Of a stretch of DNA of 32,000 nucleotides, positions 16,641 to 25,500 are shown one piece after another. This DNA comes from Candidatus Saccharimonadota bacterium (GTDB lineage: Bacteria > Patescibacteriota > Patescibacteriia > 2-12-FULL-60-25): positions 60,001-92,000 of the forward strand of contig JALHOH010000002.1 of the NCBI GenBank assembly GCA_022843095.1, read 5' to 3'. Numbering within the stretch: position 1 is the stretch's first letter; every line of letters starts with the position of its first letter. A program made the translations under genes and the position numbers. Under the pieces are notes generated by a model. The model had not been told where the DNA came from. It saw nothing but the letters and a program-made list of their open reading frames with translations, and searched no databases.

Positions 16641-18461
16641 ATGGATCCGATCCAGGAGATCAAAACCCGTCTGGACGTCGCGGACGTGATCGGGGAGTAT
16701 TTGCCGCTGAAAGCCGCAGGTTCGAATGCGTGGAAGGCGAACTGTCCGTTTCATCAGGAACGGACGCCGTCGTTTTATGTCTCGCGAACGCGGCAGTCGT
16801 GGCACTGTTTTGGCTGTGATACCGGCGGCGATATCATCTCCTTTGTAGAAAAAATTGAGGGGATGGAGTTTCGGGAGGCACTGGAATTGCTGGCGCAAAA
16901 AGCCGGGGTAGAATTGCCGAAGTTTGATAAGGAAAAAGCGTCACAAAAACAACGATTGGTAGAAATCAACGAACTTGCGGCGCGATTTTTTCGTTCGGTG
17001 CTTTCGACGTTGCCGCAAGCAGAGGTGGCGCGGAAGTATTTGGAGAAGCGTGGCGTGGATGATTTGACCGCCGATCTTTTTAAGATCGGGTATGCCCCGG
17101 ATACCTGGACGGCGCTGACGGATGCCTTGCAAAAGCGTGGCGTCACGGCGGCGGAATTGGTGGCGGCCGGGCTGTCTTCCAAACGTGAACGGGGGGAGGG
17201 GGTGTATGATCGGTTTCGTGGACGTTTGATGTTTCCGATCATGGATGTGCATGGCCACGTCGTGGGATTCACCGGGCGCATTCTGACGGACGACAAAAAA
17301 GAGGCGAAGTACGTGAACACGCCGGAGACGCAGATCTATAAAAAATCTGCGGTGTTATATGGTCTCGACAAAGCGAAGGGGGCGATTCGGCAGCAAGATC
17401 TCGCGGTCATTGTTGAAGGAAACATGGATGTGGTGTCGTCGCATCAATTTTCGGTGGACCATGTTGTTGCGGCAAGTGGGACGGCGTTGACGGCGGATCA
17501 ATTGGGATTGCTGAAGCGATTTACCAAAAACTTGGCGATTGCGTTTGATCAAGATAACGCCGGGAACGCCGCCACGTTGCGCGGGTTGGATTTGGCGCGC
17601 CAACAAGATTTCAACATCAAGATTATCACCTTGCCTCCGGAGGCGGGGAAGGATCCGGATGAGGCGGTGCGTAAAGATCCGGCACTGTGGAAGGAGGCGA
17701 TTAAAGAAGCGGTGAACATCATGGATTGGGTGTATCGGAATGCGTTTCGTGGGAGAAAATCAGATCGCCCAGAAGACAAGAAATTGATCGTTCGTGACGT
17801 GTTGAACGAAGTGATCCGCATCGCCGACGCGATCGAACGCGATCACTGGATTCGCAAGTTGGCGAAAGACATCGACGCAAGCGAAATTGCCATCCGTGAG
17901 GTGTTGGATCAGGTCAAGGGACAGGCAAAGCGCGAACCGAGAGAACCTCGAACGACGACGGCCCCTGCCACGGTAGTCGCAGAGGAGGGGACGGAGCCTA
18001 CACCGTCCGAACAGATCGCGGACCAGTTTGTGGCGGGGTTGATCTATCGCGAAGAATTGTGGCGTTTTGCCCACGAAACGCTCGCGCCAAAATTGGAATG
18101 GTTTGAGGAGCCGCGTCTCCAGGCGCTTTACACAACGCTTGTTTCTGCGTATCCTCTGGACAATCGCCCGCTTGTGGCGAACGGGAGCCCCTCCCACTCA
18201 CTCCGCCCTCCGGACGGCCTGGCGCCGGATCTCGCGGAAACCTTGAATCGATTGGCGTTCGCTGCCGATCGAGCCTTCCAGGACATGACGCTTGATGACA
18301 TCAAGCGCGAACTCAAGAACGGCGCCCGCGCCCTCCGTGACCTGTGGAAGGCTCGCGAACGGCGGCGCCTCGAAGAAGCCATGCGCGATGCAGAGCGAAC
18401 GGGTGATCAACAGACGATTGCCCATCTCGCGACCGCATTCCGCGCGCTAACCGACGCATGA
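16641..18461 (+). CDS. dnaG: DNA primase
   Basis: Signatures are the zinc ribbon [14 protein letters not shown]...[11 protein letters not shown] and a TOPRIM region [11 protein letters not shown]...DQDNAG. I prefer the ATG at 16641 (MDPIQEIK). Confidence 0.92.
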   Translation: MDPIQEIKTRLDVADVIGEYLPLKAAGSNAWKANCPFHQERTPSFYVSRTRQSWHCFGCDTGGDIISFVEKIEGMEFREALELLAQKAGVELPKFDKEKASQKQRLVEINELAARFFRSVLSTLPQAEVARKYLEKRGVDDLTADLFKIGYAPDTWTALTDALQKRGVTAAELVAAGLSSKRERGEGVYDRFRGRLMFPIMDVHGHVVGFTGRILTDDKKEAKYVNTPETQIYKKSAVLYGLDKAKGAIRQQDLAVIVEGNMDVVSSHQFSVDHVVAASGTALTADQLGLLKRFTKNLAIAFDQDNAGNAATLRGLDLARQQDFNIKIITLPPEAGKDPDEAVRKDPALWKEAIKEAVNIMDWVYRNAFRGRKSDRPEDKKLIVRDVLNEVIRIADAIERDHWIRKLAKDIDASEIAIREVLDQVKGQAKREPREPRTTTAPATVVAEEGTEPTPSEQIADQFVAGLIYREELWRFAHETLAPKLEWFEEPRLQALYTTLVSAYPLDNRPLVANGSPSHSLRPPDGLAPDLAETLNRLAFAADRAFQDMTLDDIKRELKNGARALRDLWKARERRRLEEAMRDAERTGDQQTIAHLATAFRALTDA

Positions 18462-19741
18462 GTTCTCCTATGGCGCAAGCCAAGAAAGCGAAGAAGAAGT
18501 TTTTTCCCACCAAGCCGAAGGCAAAACCGAAGGTAGCAAAGCCCGCCGTCAAAAAGGCACCTGCCAAGAAACCGGTTGCCGCAAAGAAAGGAAAGGCAGG
18601 AAAGGGAGCAAAAGCCACGCCGATCAAACGCGAGCCCTACAAAAAAGCAGAAGCGCCGACCCAAGAAGCGTTGGATCGGTTGTTTGAGAAGGCGCGCGGT
18701 CGTGGATTCATCACGGAAAATGAAATCCTCTACTCGTTTAAAGAAGTAGAAGATTATTTGGATACCTACGAACAGTTCATCGACCGGCTGGATGCAGCAG
18801 GGATCAGCCAGGTCGAGCAAAAAGAGGGGATTTTGGGACGCAGCAAAGACCGCCAGACGATTCTGGAAACGTTGCACTCCGCGGATGAACGTCGCAACAA
18901 AATCGATCCGATGGATCTGACGGCCGAGTCTATCCAAATCTACCTGCGTGAAATCGGGAAGATCCCGTTGCTCACGGCAGAACAAGAGGTGGCGCTCGCC
19001 AAGCGCAAAGAAAAGGGAGAAAAAGAGGCGGAACGGTGTTTGATCGAGGCGAACTTGCGCTTGGTCGTGTCGATCGCCAAGAAGTTCACCGGAAAAAGCT
19101 TGTCGCTGCTTGACCTGATCCAAGAGGGAAACATCGGGCTTTTCCGCGCCGTGAAGAAATTCGAATACCGCAAGGGATTCAAATTCTCCACGTATGCCAC
19201 CTGGTGGATCCGCCAGGCCATCACGCGTGCGCTTGCAGACCAATCTCGCACCATCCGCATCCCGGTGCACATGGTGGAAACCATCAACAAGTTTCAGCAG
19301 GTCGAACGCGAGCTCATCCAAGAGCTTGGCCGCGAACCAACACCAGAAGAAATCGCCGCGGAAATGGGACAGGAAGTCGACAAGGTGCGTCACATCATCA
19401 AAATTTCGCAGGACACGGTGTCGCTTGAGACGTCTGTCGGTGATGATGAAGATGACACGACGCTGCAGGACTTCATCGAAGACGTGAAGCATGTGACGCC
19501 GGATCGTTCTGCGGCGCTTCAGCTGCTGCGCGATTACGTCGGCGATATCATCAAAGACCTGAACCCGCGTGAACAAAAGATTCTGGAGATGCGCTTTGGG
19601 CTAAGCGATGGCGTCGGTCACACGCTCGAAGAAGTTGGGAAGGAATTCGACGTGACGCGCGAACGTATCCGCCAAATCGAGGCAAAAGCCTTAGAAAAGA
19701 TCCAACAGCACCCGATGATTCGCCGCCTGGCGGATTACTAG
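18458..19741 (+). CDS. rpoD: RNA polymerase sigma-70 factor RpoD with Lys/Ala/Pro-rich N-terminal tail
   Basis: Signatures are region 2 ([30 protein letters not shown]), IRIPVHM, and region 4 ([19 protein letters not shown]). There is an ATGA overlap with the dnaG stop. Confidence 0.93.
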   Translation: MSSPMAQAKKAKKKFFPTKPKAKPKVAKPAVKKAPAKKPVAAKKGKAGKGAKATPIKREPYKKAEAPTQEALDRLFEKARGRGFITENEILYSFKEVEDYLDTYEQFIDRLDAAGISQVEQKEGILGRSKDRQTILETLHSADERRNKIDPMDLTAESIQIYLREIGKIPLLTAEQEVALAKRKEKGEKEAERCLIEANLRLVVSIAKKFTGKSLSLLDLIQEGNIGLFRAVKKFEYRKGFKFSTYATWWIRQAITRALADQSRTIRIPVHMVETINKFQQVERELIQELGREPTPEEIAAEMGQEVDKVRHIIKISQDTVSLETSVGDDEDDTTLQDFIEDVKHVTPDRSAALQLLRDYVGDIIKDLNPREQKILEMRFGLSDGVGHTLEEVGKEFDVTRERIRQIEAKALEKIQQHPMIRRLADY

Positions 19742-19750
19742 GAAGAAGAC

Positions 19751-19773
19751 CGCCCGGGAAACCGGGCGTTTTT
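19751..19773 (+). terminator. intrinsic terminator after rpoD
   Basis: The hairpin is cgcccgg-gaaa-ccgggcg, followed by TTTTT. Confidence 0.8.
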
Positions 19774-19789
19774 CTTATTCGTTATCCAC

Positions 19790-19818
19790 TTGTCACGGGT
19801 TTTCAGATCTTGTATCCT
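19790..19818 (+). promoter_or_regulatory. possible sigma70-like promoter for tRNA-Asn
   Basis: The arrangement is TTGTCA (19790-19795), a 17-nt spacer, then TATCCT (19813-19818). It lies 28 nt upstream of the mature tRNA 5' end. The -10 match is weak. Confidence 0.3.
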
Positions 19819-19845
19819 CCACGTGCTGATGCAAATCAAGCCCAT

Positions 19846-19920
19846 TCCGGGGTAGCTCAGCGGTAGAGCAGTGGACTGTTAATCCATTGGTCCTGGGTTC
19901 GAATCCCAGCCCCGGAGCCA
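19846..19920 (+). tRNA. tRNA-Asn (anticodon GUU), CCA encoded
   Basis: Manual cloverleaf: acceptor tccgggg/ccccgga, D-arm gctc-agcggta-gagc, anticodon arm gtgga-CTGTTAA-tccat, variable tggtc, T-arm ctggg-ttcgaat-cccag, discriminator G, then CCA. Confidence 0.9.
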
Positions 19921-19958
19921 TGTGCTGGCGTTCCTGGTAACCCAGGTGCGTCGCAAAA

Positions 19959-20000
19959 AATCCAAAACCCCATCACTGAAAAGTGGTGGGGTTTTGGATT
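19959..20000. terminator. very long hairpin (18-bp stem) after tRNA-Asn; probable bidirectional terminator or structural boundary element
   Basis: The 5' arm aatccaaaaccccatcac (19959-19976) pairs with gtggtggggttttggatt (19983-20000) around the loop tgaaaa, with one G-U pair. An A-run precedes it. Confidence 0.6.
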
Positions 20001-20005
20001 GTAGT

Positions 20006-20129
20006 TATCAGTATTGTGTCGAGACCGAGTCTGCTATCAGCCGAAATTGGATACAGGGAGTATCAGTGGGGCAGCGGATTAATGTACACGACTATCATCT
20101 TTATCTTAACATTCCTTTCATATCCTAAC
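20006..20129 (+). repeat. cluster of same-orientation TATC-core direct repeats
   Basis: TATCAG occurs at 20006, 20035 and 20061, and TATCAT at 20093. A near-identical 9-mer pair, TATCTTAAC (20102-20110) and TATCCTAAC (20121-20129), follows. All lie in a 3'-to-3' intergenic region that needs no promoter. Confidence 0.6.
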
Positions 20130-20214
20130 GTGAGAATAGGAAAGGAATGTCGGCGGTCAGGTCGCCGAGAGGGGAGAGATATTCTTCACACCTGACATGA
20201 AGAAGTTATGAGGT

Positions 20215-21912
20215 TTACGACCACTCGGCAGCGTTTAGCAAGTCGAGATCTTTGTAGGTAACGGAAGCCGCCGGATGGGCGTATTCGATCACCTGCGCAC
20301 GAATAAACCCCTTGACAAAGGTCATGCCGGGCGGAAGATCGCGTCCAAAGGACTCGTAGTAAGCCTTCCGGGCTTCTTCACCTGCTTTCTGTCCGATGCG
20401 CAGTCGACGAGGAAAGCTGCGAACGTTGACCTCTCTCGTCACGTTCTGTCCGTCTTGCCCCGTTTTATGCCAGGAATGGCGTTCTCGGACGATGGAGTTT
20501 GCGGCGATAATGCGGAAGTACGCATCGACCACCGTGTATTCGAGGAGGGCGGCGAGAGTTTCCACTTCGTCCGCGTGCTCGCCGCGTATAACGATTTCCG
20601 GATGGACCTTGAGCTCAAGGTTTCGGAGCTCGGTCCGGAAGGTGATCAACGTAGGTGTCTCTTGCCGTACCACGATATCCACTCGAGTATCGGGGAAGGT
20701 GTAGCCCTCGGGGCGGAAAACGAAGCCCCGGATCCCGGCGTTTCGGAGCGCCGTGACCCCGACCTCTACGGAATCCTCACCGTTGGGGCGCAGAGTGCGC
20801 AGCGTCTTCCCAAGAATGGCCTGGGTCCGACGATCGAACTGCTGTTCGATCTCGTGACTATTCTCTTTGAACCAGTTGATGGTGCGTTCGCCGGTCTCGC
20901 GTTTTTTAAGCATCTGTTCGCGATGACGATCACGCCACTCTCTGAATTTGGTTGCGAACGGCTCTTGGATGCGCAGGCAGGGCTGGAAAGTGTACGCGGC
21001 GCGCTCCCGAAGAACTTCCAGGTCTTTTTCAGGCAGCTCTTCCTTTGCTCGCAGGAAGCCCGGATGCGAGCACGCCTCCTCTGGATGGTCATCGTAATCA
21101 TCGAACGCCTCATACCAAGGCTGATGAAGGACGAAGGCGGCGATATGCAGCAACGAAGACAGGATTTCTTCGGCTGCGTAGGATGTAGGCAACGCCTCGA
21201 TGATGCGTTCAAGCCATGCCTTTTGGGCTTGCTTGAGGTTAACCACTTCTTCTCCCAATTCCCCTTCCTGAAGAAGGGGTGCTTCATTGATAGAGTCTTG
21301 CAGGAATCCAAGGGCCCCACTCATCAACTCGACACTGTGGTTGTTTTCGAGTTGATCCGGCCTAACGGGTCCATGGCGAAGGTCTCCCTCCCAGGTGGAG
21401 ATGATGCTAAGAGCAAAGGAGAGTGCTTTATCGCACGAGACGCCTACCTGCCTTAGAAAAGCTTCCTGGAATTTGAAGAGCCCTCGACCCATGAGCCACA
21501 CCATCTGTGACTTAAGATCGCCATCCGAATCCAATCCTTTTGTCAGGACGTCCTCTCCGCGAGACCTGCTGTAGGCGAGAAAAAAGAGCTCAGGATTCTT
21601 GTTGGAAAGAAGCTGTTCCGCGATGGTGTCATGGAGTCGGTTGACACGCTTCGCGGTCTTGGACTCTTTCACCTGCTTTACCAAGGCGGCGTACTCCTCC
21701 TCACTCATCGGGTTCCCGCGCATCTCTCGCTCCAGGCATGGAACCAGGAGCTGCATGAGAGCGAGTTCGAGTTCTATGCAGACGGTCTCGAAGCGTTTCA
21801 GGCGCACATTTGCATCTGGAATTTCAAGGAGATGCGTGAGGATGCGGTGAAGCCATTTTTCGCTTTTACTATCCGAGAGGTAGCGCTTGAGATCGTGCTT
21901 GATGTTGGTCAT
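20215..21912 (-). CDS. 565-aa orphan protein; helical N-terminal two-thirds, C-terminal region with PD...ExK-like motif (function unknown)
   Basis: This is the longest ORF at the locus and has a natural amino-acid composition. Its ATG lies 2 nt after the stop of the upstream 131-aa gene (TAACCATG). I recognise no family. The motif FPDTRVDIVV...x...LELKV spans aa 407-435 (20608-20694). Confidence 0.7.
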   Translation of the reverse strand: MTNIKHDLKRYLSDSKSEKWLHRILTHLLEIPDANVRLKRFETVCIELELALMQLLVPCLEREMRGNPMSEEEYAALVKQVKESKTAKRVNRLHDTIAEQLLSNKNPELFFLAYSRSRGEDVLTKGLDSDGDLKSQMVWLMGRGLFKFQEAFLRQVGVSCDKALSFALSIISTWEGDLRHGPVRPDQLENNHSVELMSGALGFLQDSINEAPLLQEGELGEEVVNLKQAQKAWLERIIEALPTSYAAEEILSSLLHIAAFVLHQPWYEAFDDYDDHPEEACSHPGFLRAKEELPEKDLEVLRERAAYTFQPCLRIQEPFATKFREWRDRHREQMLKKRETGERTINWFKENSHEIEQQFDRRTQAILGKTLRTLRPNGEDSVEVGVTALRNAGIRGFVFRPEGYTFPDTRVDIVVRQETPTLITFRTELRNLELKVHPEIVIRGEHADEVETLAALLEYTVVDAYFRIIAANSIVRERHSWHKTGQDGQNVTREVNVRSFPRRLRIGQKAGEEARKAYYESFGRDLPPGMTFVKGFIRAQVIEYAHPAASVTYKDLDLLNAAEWS

Positions 21913-21914
21913 GG

Positions 21915-22310
21915 TTAGCCTTCTTTCTTTTGAGTGTTGGTTTTTTGATGGAGATGGATTCGAAGCTCGGCTTCTGTGTGGTAAGTCGCTTGGAGGTTTT
22001 TTAGGAACTCTATAAAGGTTGGCTTATCCTTTTCTGGCATGGCTCGGTACACGGTAACGAGCTTAGCCATATACCGCTTGAGGGTTTGGGGTCCGATGCC
22101 AACGCTCGGTGCAGGCTTCGAACAGAGATGCGCCACCTCCCTACATTGGAGTGAGAACTCTACGGGTCGTTCCTTGTAAGCGGCGGCCAGTTCTGGTTTT
22201 GTGCTTGCAGCCCAGCGAGCGAAGTCGTTCTTGGTGACCCCGATCAGTTCCGGGCGCAATCCGGTCCATTCCAGATATACGGCGATCAGCTCGTCCAATG
22301 AGATGGTCAC
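21915..22310 (-). CDS. 131-aa small protein with helix-turn-helix-like segment (putative regulator/DNA-binding)
   Basis: The segment VGIGPQTLKRYMAKLVTVY resembles an HTH. The gene is first in the minus-strand operon, is translationally coupled to the 565-aa gene, and faces a divergent AT-rich control region. Confidence 0.55.
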   Translation of the reverse strand: MTISLDELIAVYLEWTGLRPELIGVTKNDFARWAASTKPELAAAYKERPVEFSLQCREVAHLCSKPAPSVGIGPQTLKRYMAKLVTVYRAMPEKDKPTFIEFLKNLQATYHTEAELRIHLHQKTNTQKKEG

Positions 22311-22390
22311 GATGATTCCTCGTGTTGAGAAGGTTCGTTTTCTGGGCTAGATGCTCAGAATAGTTCCTATTCAAGGGCATTTTTTATTAT

Positions 22391-22439
22391 TTGTCAACGG
22401 TGCTTTTATGGCAATTCGTCAGTGGGTATCGATTGACAA
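22391..22439. promoter_or_regulatory. inverted heptamers in divergent control region (candidate operator/promoter elements)
   Basis: TTGTCAA (22391-22397) and its reverse complement TTGACAA (22433-22439) sit in the AT-rich 198-bp gap between the divergent operons. Both also resemble -35 hexamers. CAGTGGGTATC lies at 22420-22430. Confidence 0.35.
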
Positions 22440-22508
22440 AACCGCATTTTTCGTCTCAAACTAGCGTCAGTCCATTGGACAACTAAACAAGCAGAAAGGC
22501 AGGTCTGT

Positions 22509-25500
22509 ATGGCAGCCCTGAAAAATAAGGGTCATATGCTGGCCCTGATCCGCAAAAGCAAAATCCCGGAAGAGGAAAAGAGAGCGTTTCTCGCAGAGCT
22601 GGTCCGCACGGGTCAAGTCACCGAGGACGATCTCGCTCGCTCCATCCTTGAAGATGTACGAACGAACTTTGAGGACTACAAGCAGCAGTTCGCGAGCGAT
22701 GAAATGTTGACATTCCTTTGGGAGCGGTTCAAAGACCATCCTGAAATGTTGGCTAGGGCACTCGTGAAAGCGCGCCCGGACATCTTCTATGTCTACGGGT
22801 TGGCGATCCGCCTTGTCCTTAAACTCCGTGCGGAACTTGGAAAGGTGCTGGTCAAGCCGAAGCTTGGGAATGGGGGCGGCGTCCGAGACATCGCGCCGTC
22901 CCCGAAGCTACCGCAGGCGGTTTCACAAGACATCATCGCCCTCGACGTGGAATGCCGATTTCGCGAATCGCTGTTCTTCTTTAGCCGGGACGTCGAGATT
23001 GGGAGGGAGTTCATCCGCGAAGAACTCGGCCGAGCCAAGGGTCCGTACGAGCGCCAGGTGTGGGAAGGTGTGCAGATGCTCGTCGCCCAGCTTCTCGATC
23101 TGCCGTATCCGGGCGTGAAAACGGAATTGAACGGCAAGATGTTTCCTGCCATGCATGTGCGTTGGTGGCACTACCTTGCCGCCGACCTGAAACGCGTCCT
23201 CAACATCGGCGACACGGGAAGCTATAAGACTTCTTTTGCCGCCATTGCGATGCGCCGGGCGGGTTGCCGTAGGACGCTTGTCCTTGCGGCTCCTCATGCG
23301 CGCGAGAATTGGCGCAGGGAACTCGGCCTCTACTTCGAGGAACGTCCGTCCGTTCAGATCGTATCCGGCGTCGAAGACGTCGATGATCTGCACCCGGAAG
23401 CGGACTTCGTCGTGATTGGATACTCGACCCTCGTTGAAAAGGGGGTCGTGGAAAAGCTGATCGCGCAAAAGTTCGACGGTCTCATCGAGGACGAGTGTCA
23501 CTATACGCGTAACGTCGTGGATTCCCCGGCGAAGCGCGCGCTCGCTAGGATGCGACTCGTCCAAGAGCTGCCGCTCGATCGCTACCTCGCGCTTTCGGCG
23601 ACGCCTTGGGAGAACCGTCCGGAAGAGATGGCGAGCTTGGCCTCGGCACTGCGACCCGATCTTTTTCCAACGCCCGAGGTGTTCCTGGGTAGCGGAGCGG
23701 CGAGCAGTCCGCGTCTCATGCGGGAGTTGTTCGCCGGGCAAATTCTCGACATCGAGCTGCGCGAAGTTACGGACATGCCGGAGATCACACCCAAACCCTG
23801 GGAGGACCTCTGCCCGTCCGTGACTGTTCGTCCCAATCGTCAACATCTCGCCTTTTATCGGCGGGTACTGGATGATGAAGAAGAATCCCTCGAACCGCAC
23901 CAAAAAGTGCAGCGACTCCTCATGGCCGCCATCCATCCGCCACTTCTTGCGCGCAAGCTCAAGAAGTGGACGGATCCGCCTCGCGCGAACGATTGGAAGT
24001 TGTCGAGCAAGCTCGTGTGGTTAAAACAATTCGTTACGGAGCGGATTGGTACGCAGAAAATCGTCATCGCGAGCGGGCTCTATGCCTCAGGGATCACACA
24101 TCCTTCCGAGATGGAGGATATGGAAACCGAGTGGGTAGGCGGAATTCTCCGCGCCTGGTTTGGCAAGGAGACCGTCGTAACCATCGACGATACGGTCGGT
24201 CTCGGCGCTCCCGAGGGTGGATTGTCGCCCCGGGACCGAGCGATCCAGCGTTGGCGAACGGATCCGAGCGCCAGGATTCTGCTCATCTCGAGCCAGTCGT
24301 GTCCGGATTCGGTCAACCTGTCGGTTGGCAAGCTGCCGGGCGTCGAGGGGCTTGCGATCACCTTCCTGTCCTTCGGATGGAAGCCGTGGAAGCAATTCCT
24401 CGGCCGCTTCTTCCGGTACGGCCAAGGAGTGCCGATCACTTTCGTCTATCCGGTCGTGGCAGGCACGATCGACGAGGACCTGCTCCGCCTGAACCGCGAG
24501 AAGTGGCAGGCGCAGCTCTTGTTCCGCGCCGGCGCGCCTCTCACGGATGATGAATGGCGGGCGTTGCAAAGCGAAAACGGCGAAGCGATTCAGCGTCTCA
24601 TGCGGGACGCTTCCGATCATGTCGCCATCCTCTTCAACCAGATGCGCGGAGAAGGGGAGCGTGCCTGCCGGGAAATCCTGGACCAGGCGTACGGGGCAGT
24701 TTCTGCGGAGGAGGCGCTTGCCATGCACTTCCTCGCTGCGCAGGACTACTCCATGAGCGGGCATATCTCGCGCTTCCAGAAAACTGTGATTGAGCAATGG
24801 ATCGCCTGTGGTCTCATTACTCCGACGCGGATTCTAGATGCGGGATGCGGCCCCCTTACTCTTGAACGGAGGCTCTTCCTTCCAGTATACGGTGTGGACC
24901 TCAACCGTCACATGCTCGAACTGGGATCGGGGCTCTCGTCGCACCATGGCGTCAATGCCACGGTCGGTCGGTTGTCCGAGCTTCCGTCCGAATGGAAAGG
25001 GAAGTTCGAGCTTACGGTTGCGACCATGGTCCTCGACCTGACGAGCTTGAAAGAGCCGTCCCATGGTGAACCGGAACGTGTGCGCATCTTGCAGGAGCTT
25101 GTGCGGGTCACGGATCCGCATAGCCTCGTCTGGCTTACGTGGAGCTATAATTGCCACACGCCGGAAACTTTTCAGGCGTGGGTTGAGGCGTTGGAGCAAG
25201 CGGGTTGCAAGATCCGTTCCGAGCTCACAGGCCTCGTCCAGGCAACAGACCATGAAGAACAGCCGTGTGAATTCTGGTCTTTGGCGTTTTCGCCCCATGG
25301 GAAGACGCCGACCTTCGTTCGTCCCGAACTTCTTAGGTTCGCCTTCGAGATCGAGAGGATGAAGGATCGGAAAGGAGGGGTGGCGAAACCACCGAAACCT
25401 CCAAAGACCAAGAGGCGTGTCGCGCACGAGCGCTTCGCTGTCACGACCGCGACCGGTCAGCTCACCGACGTGGATGCGGCGAAAGCGGCTGCCTTGAACG

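Noticed and set aside
18407-19576. A 389-aa ORF on the minus strand, antisense to rpoD.
   Set aside because: rpoD on the plus strand has unmistakable sigma-70 motifs. The antisense product is an R/L/F-rich low-complexity sequence, typical of shadow ORFs in GC-rich DNA.
19983-20195. A 70-aa ORF with two hydrophobic stretches, a possible small membrane protein at the island edge.
   Set aside because: Its GTG start lies inside the 18-bp hairpin stem, it has no RBS, and the hydrophobicity is what an AT/T-rich repeat region gives by chance.
20275-21456. A 393-aa plus-strand ORF opposite the 565-aa gene.
   Set aside because: The minus-strand ORF is longer, is translationally coupled to the upstream gene and has balanced composition. 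The plus-strand product is Arg/Gly/Leu/Phe-biased.
21631-21648. An Rx4H (RVNRLH) motif in the 565-aa protein as a HEPN RNase signature.
   Set aside because: This short degenerate motif is expected by chance. It lacks the usual RN/xxxH context and a second helix pattern.
22923-23936. A 337-aa minus-strand ORF inside the SNF2-MTase gene, and likewise 24087..24797 and 24834..25640.
   Set aside because: The plus-strand frame carries ordered SF2 and MTase motifs over 1041 aa. The antisense ORFs are Arg-rich with no motifs.
23980-23995. The DPPR tetrapeptide (WTDPPRAND) in the SNF2-MTase, as a possible DPPY-like DNA-MTase catalytic motif.
   Set aside because: It lies between the two helicase lobes, about 280 residues before SAM motif I, and lacks the aromatic fourth residue.
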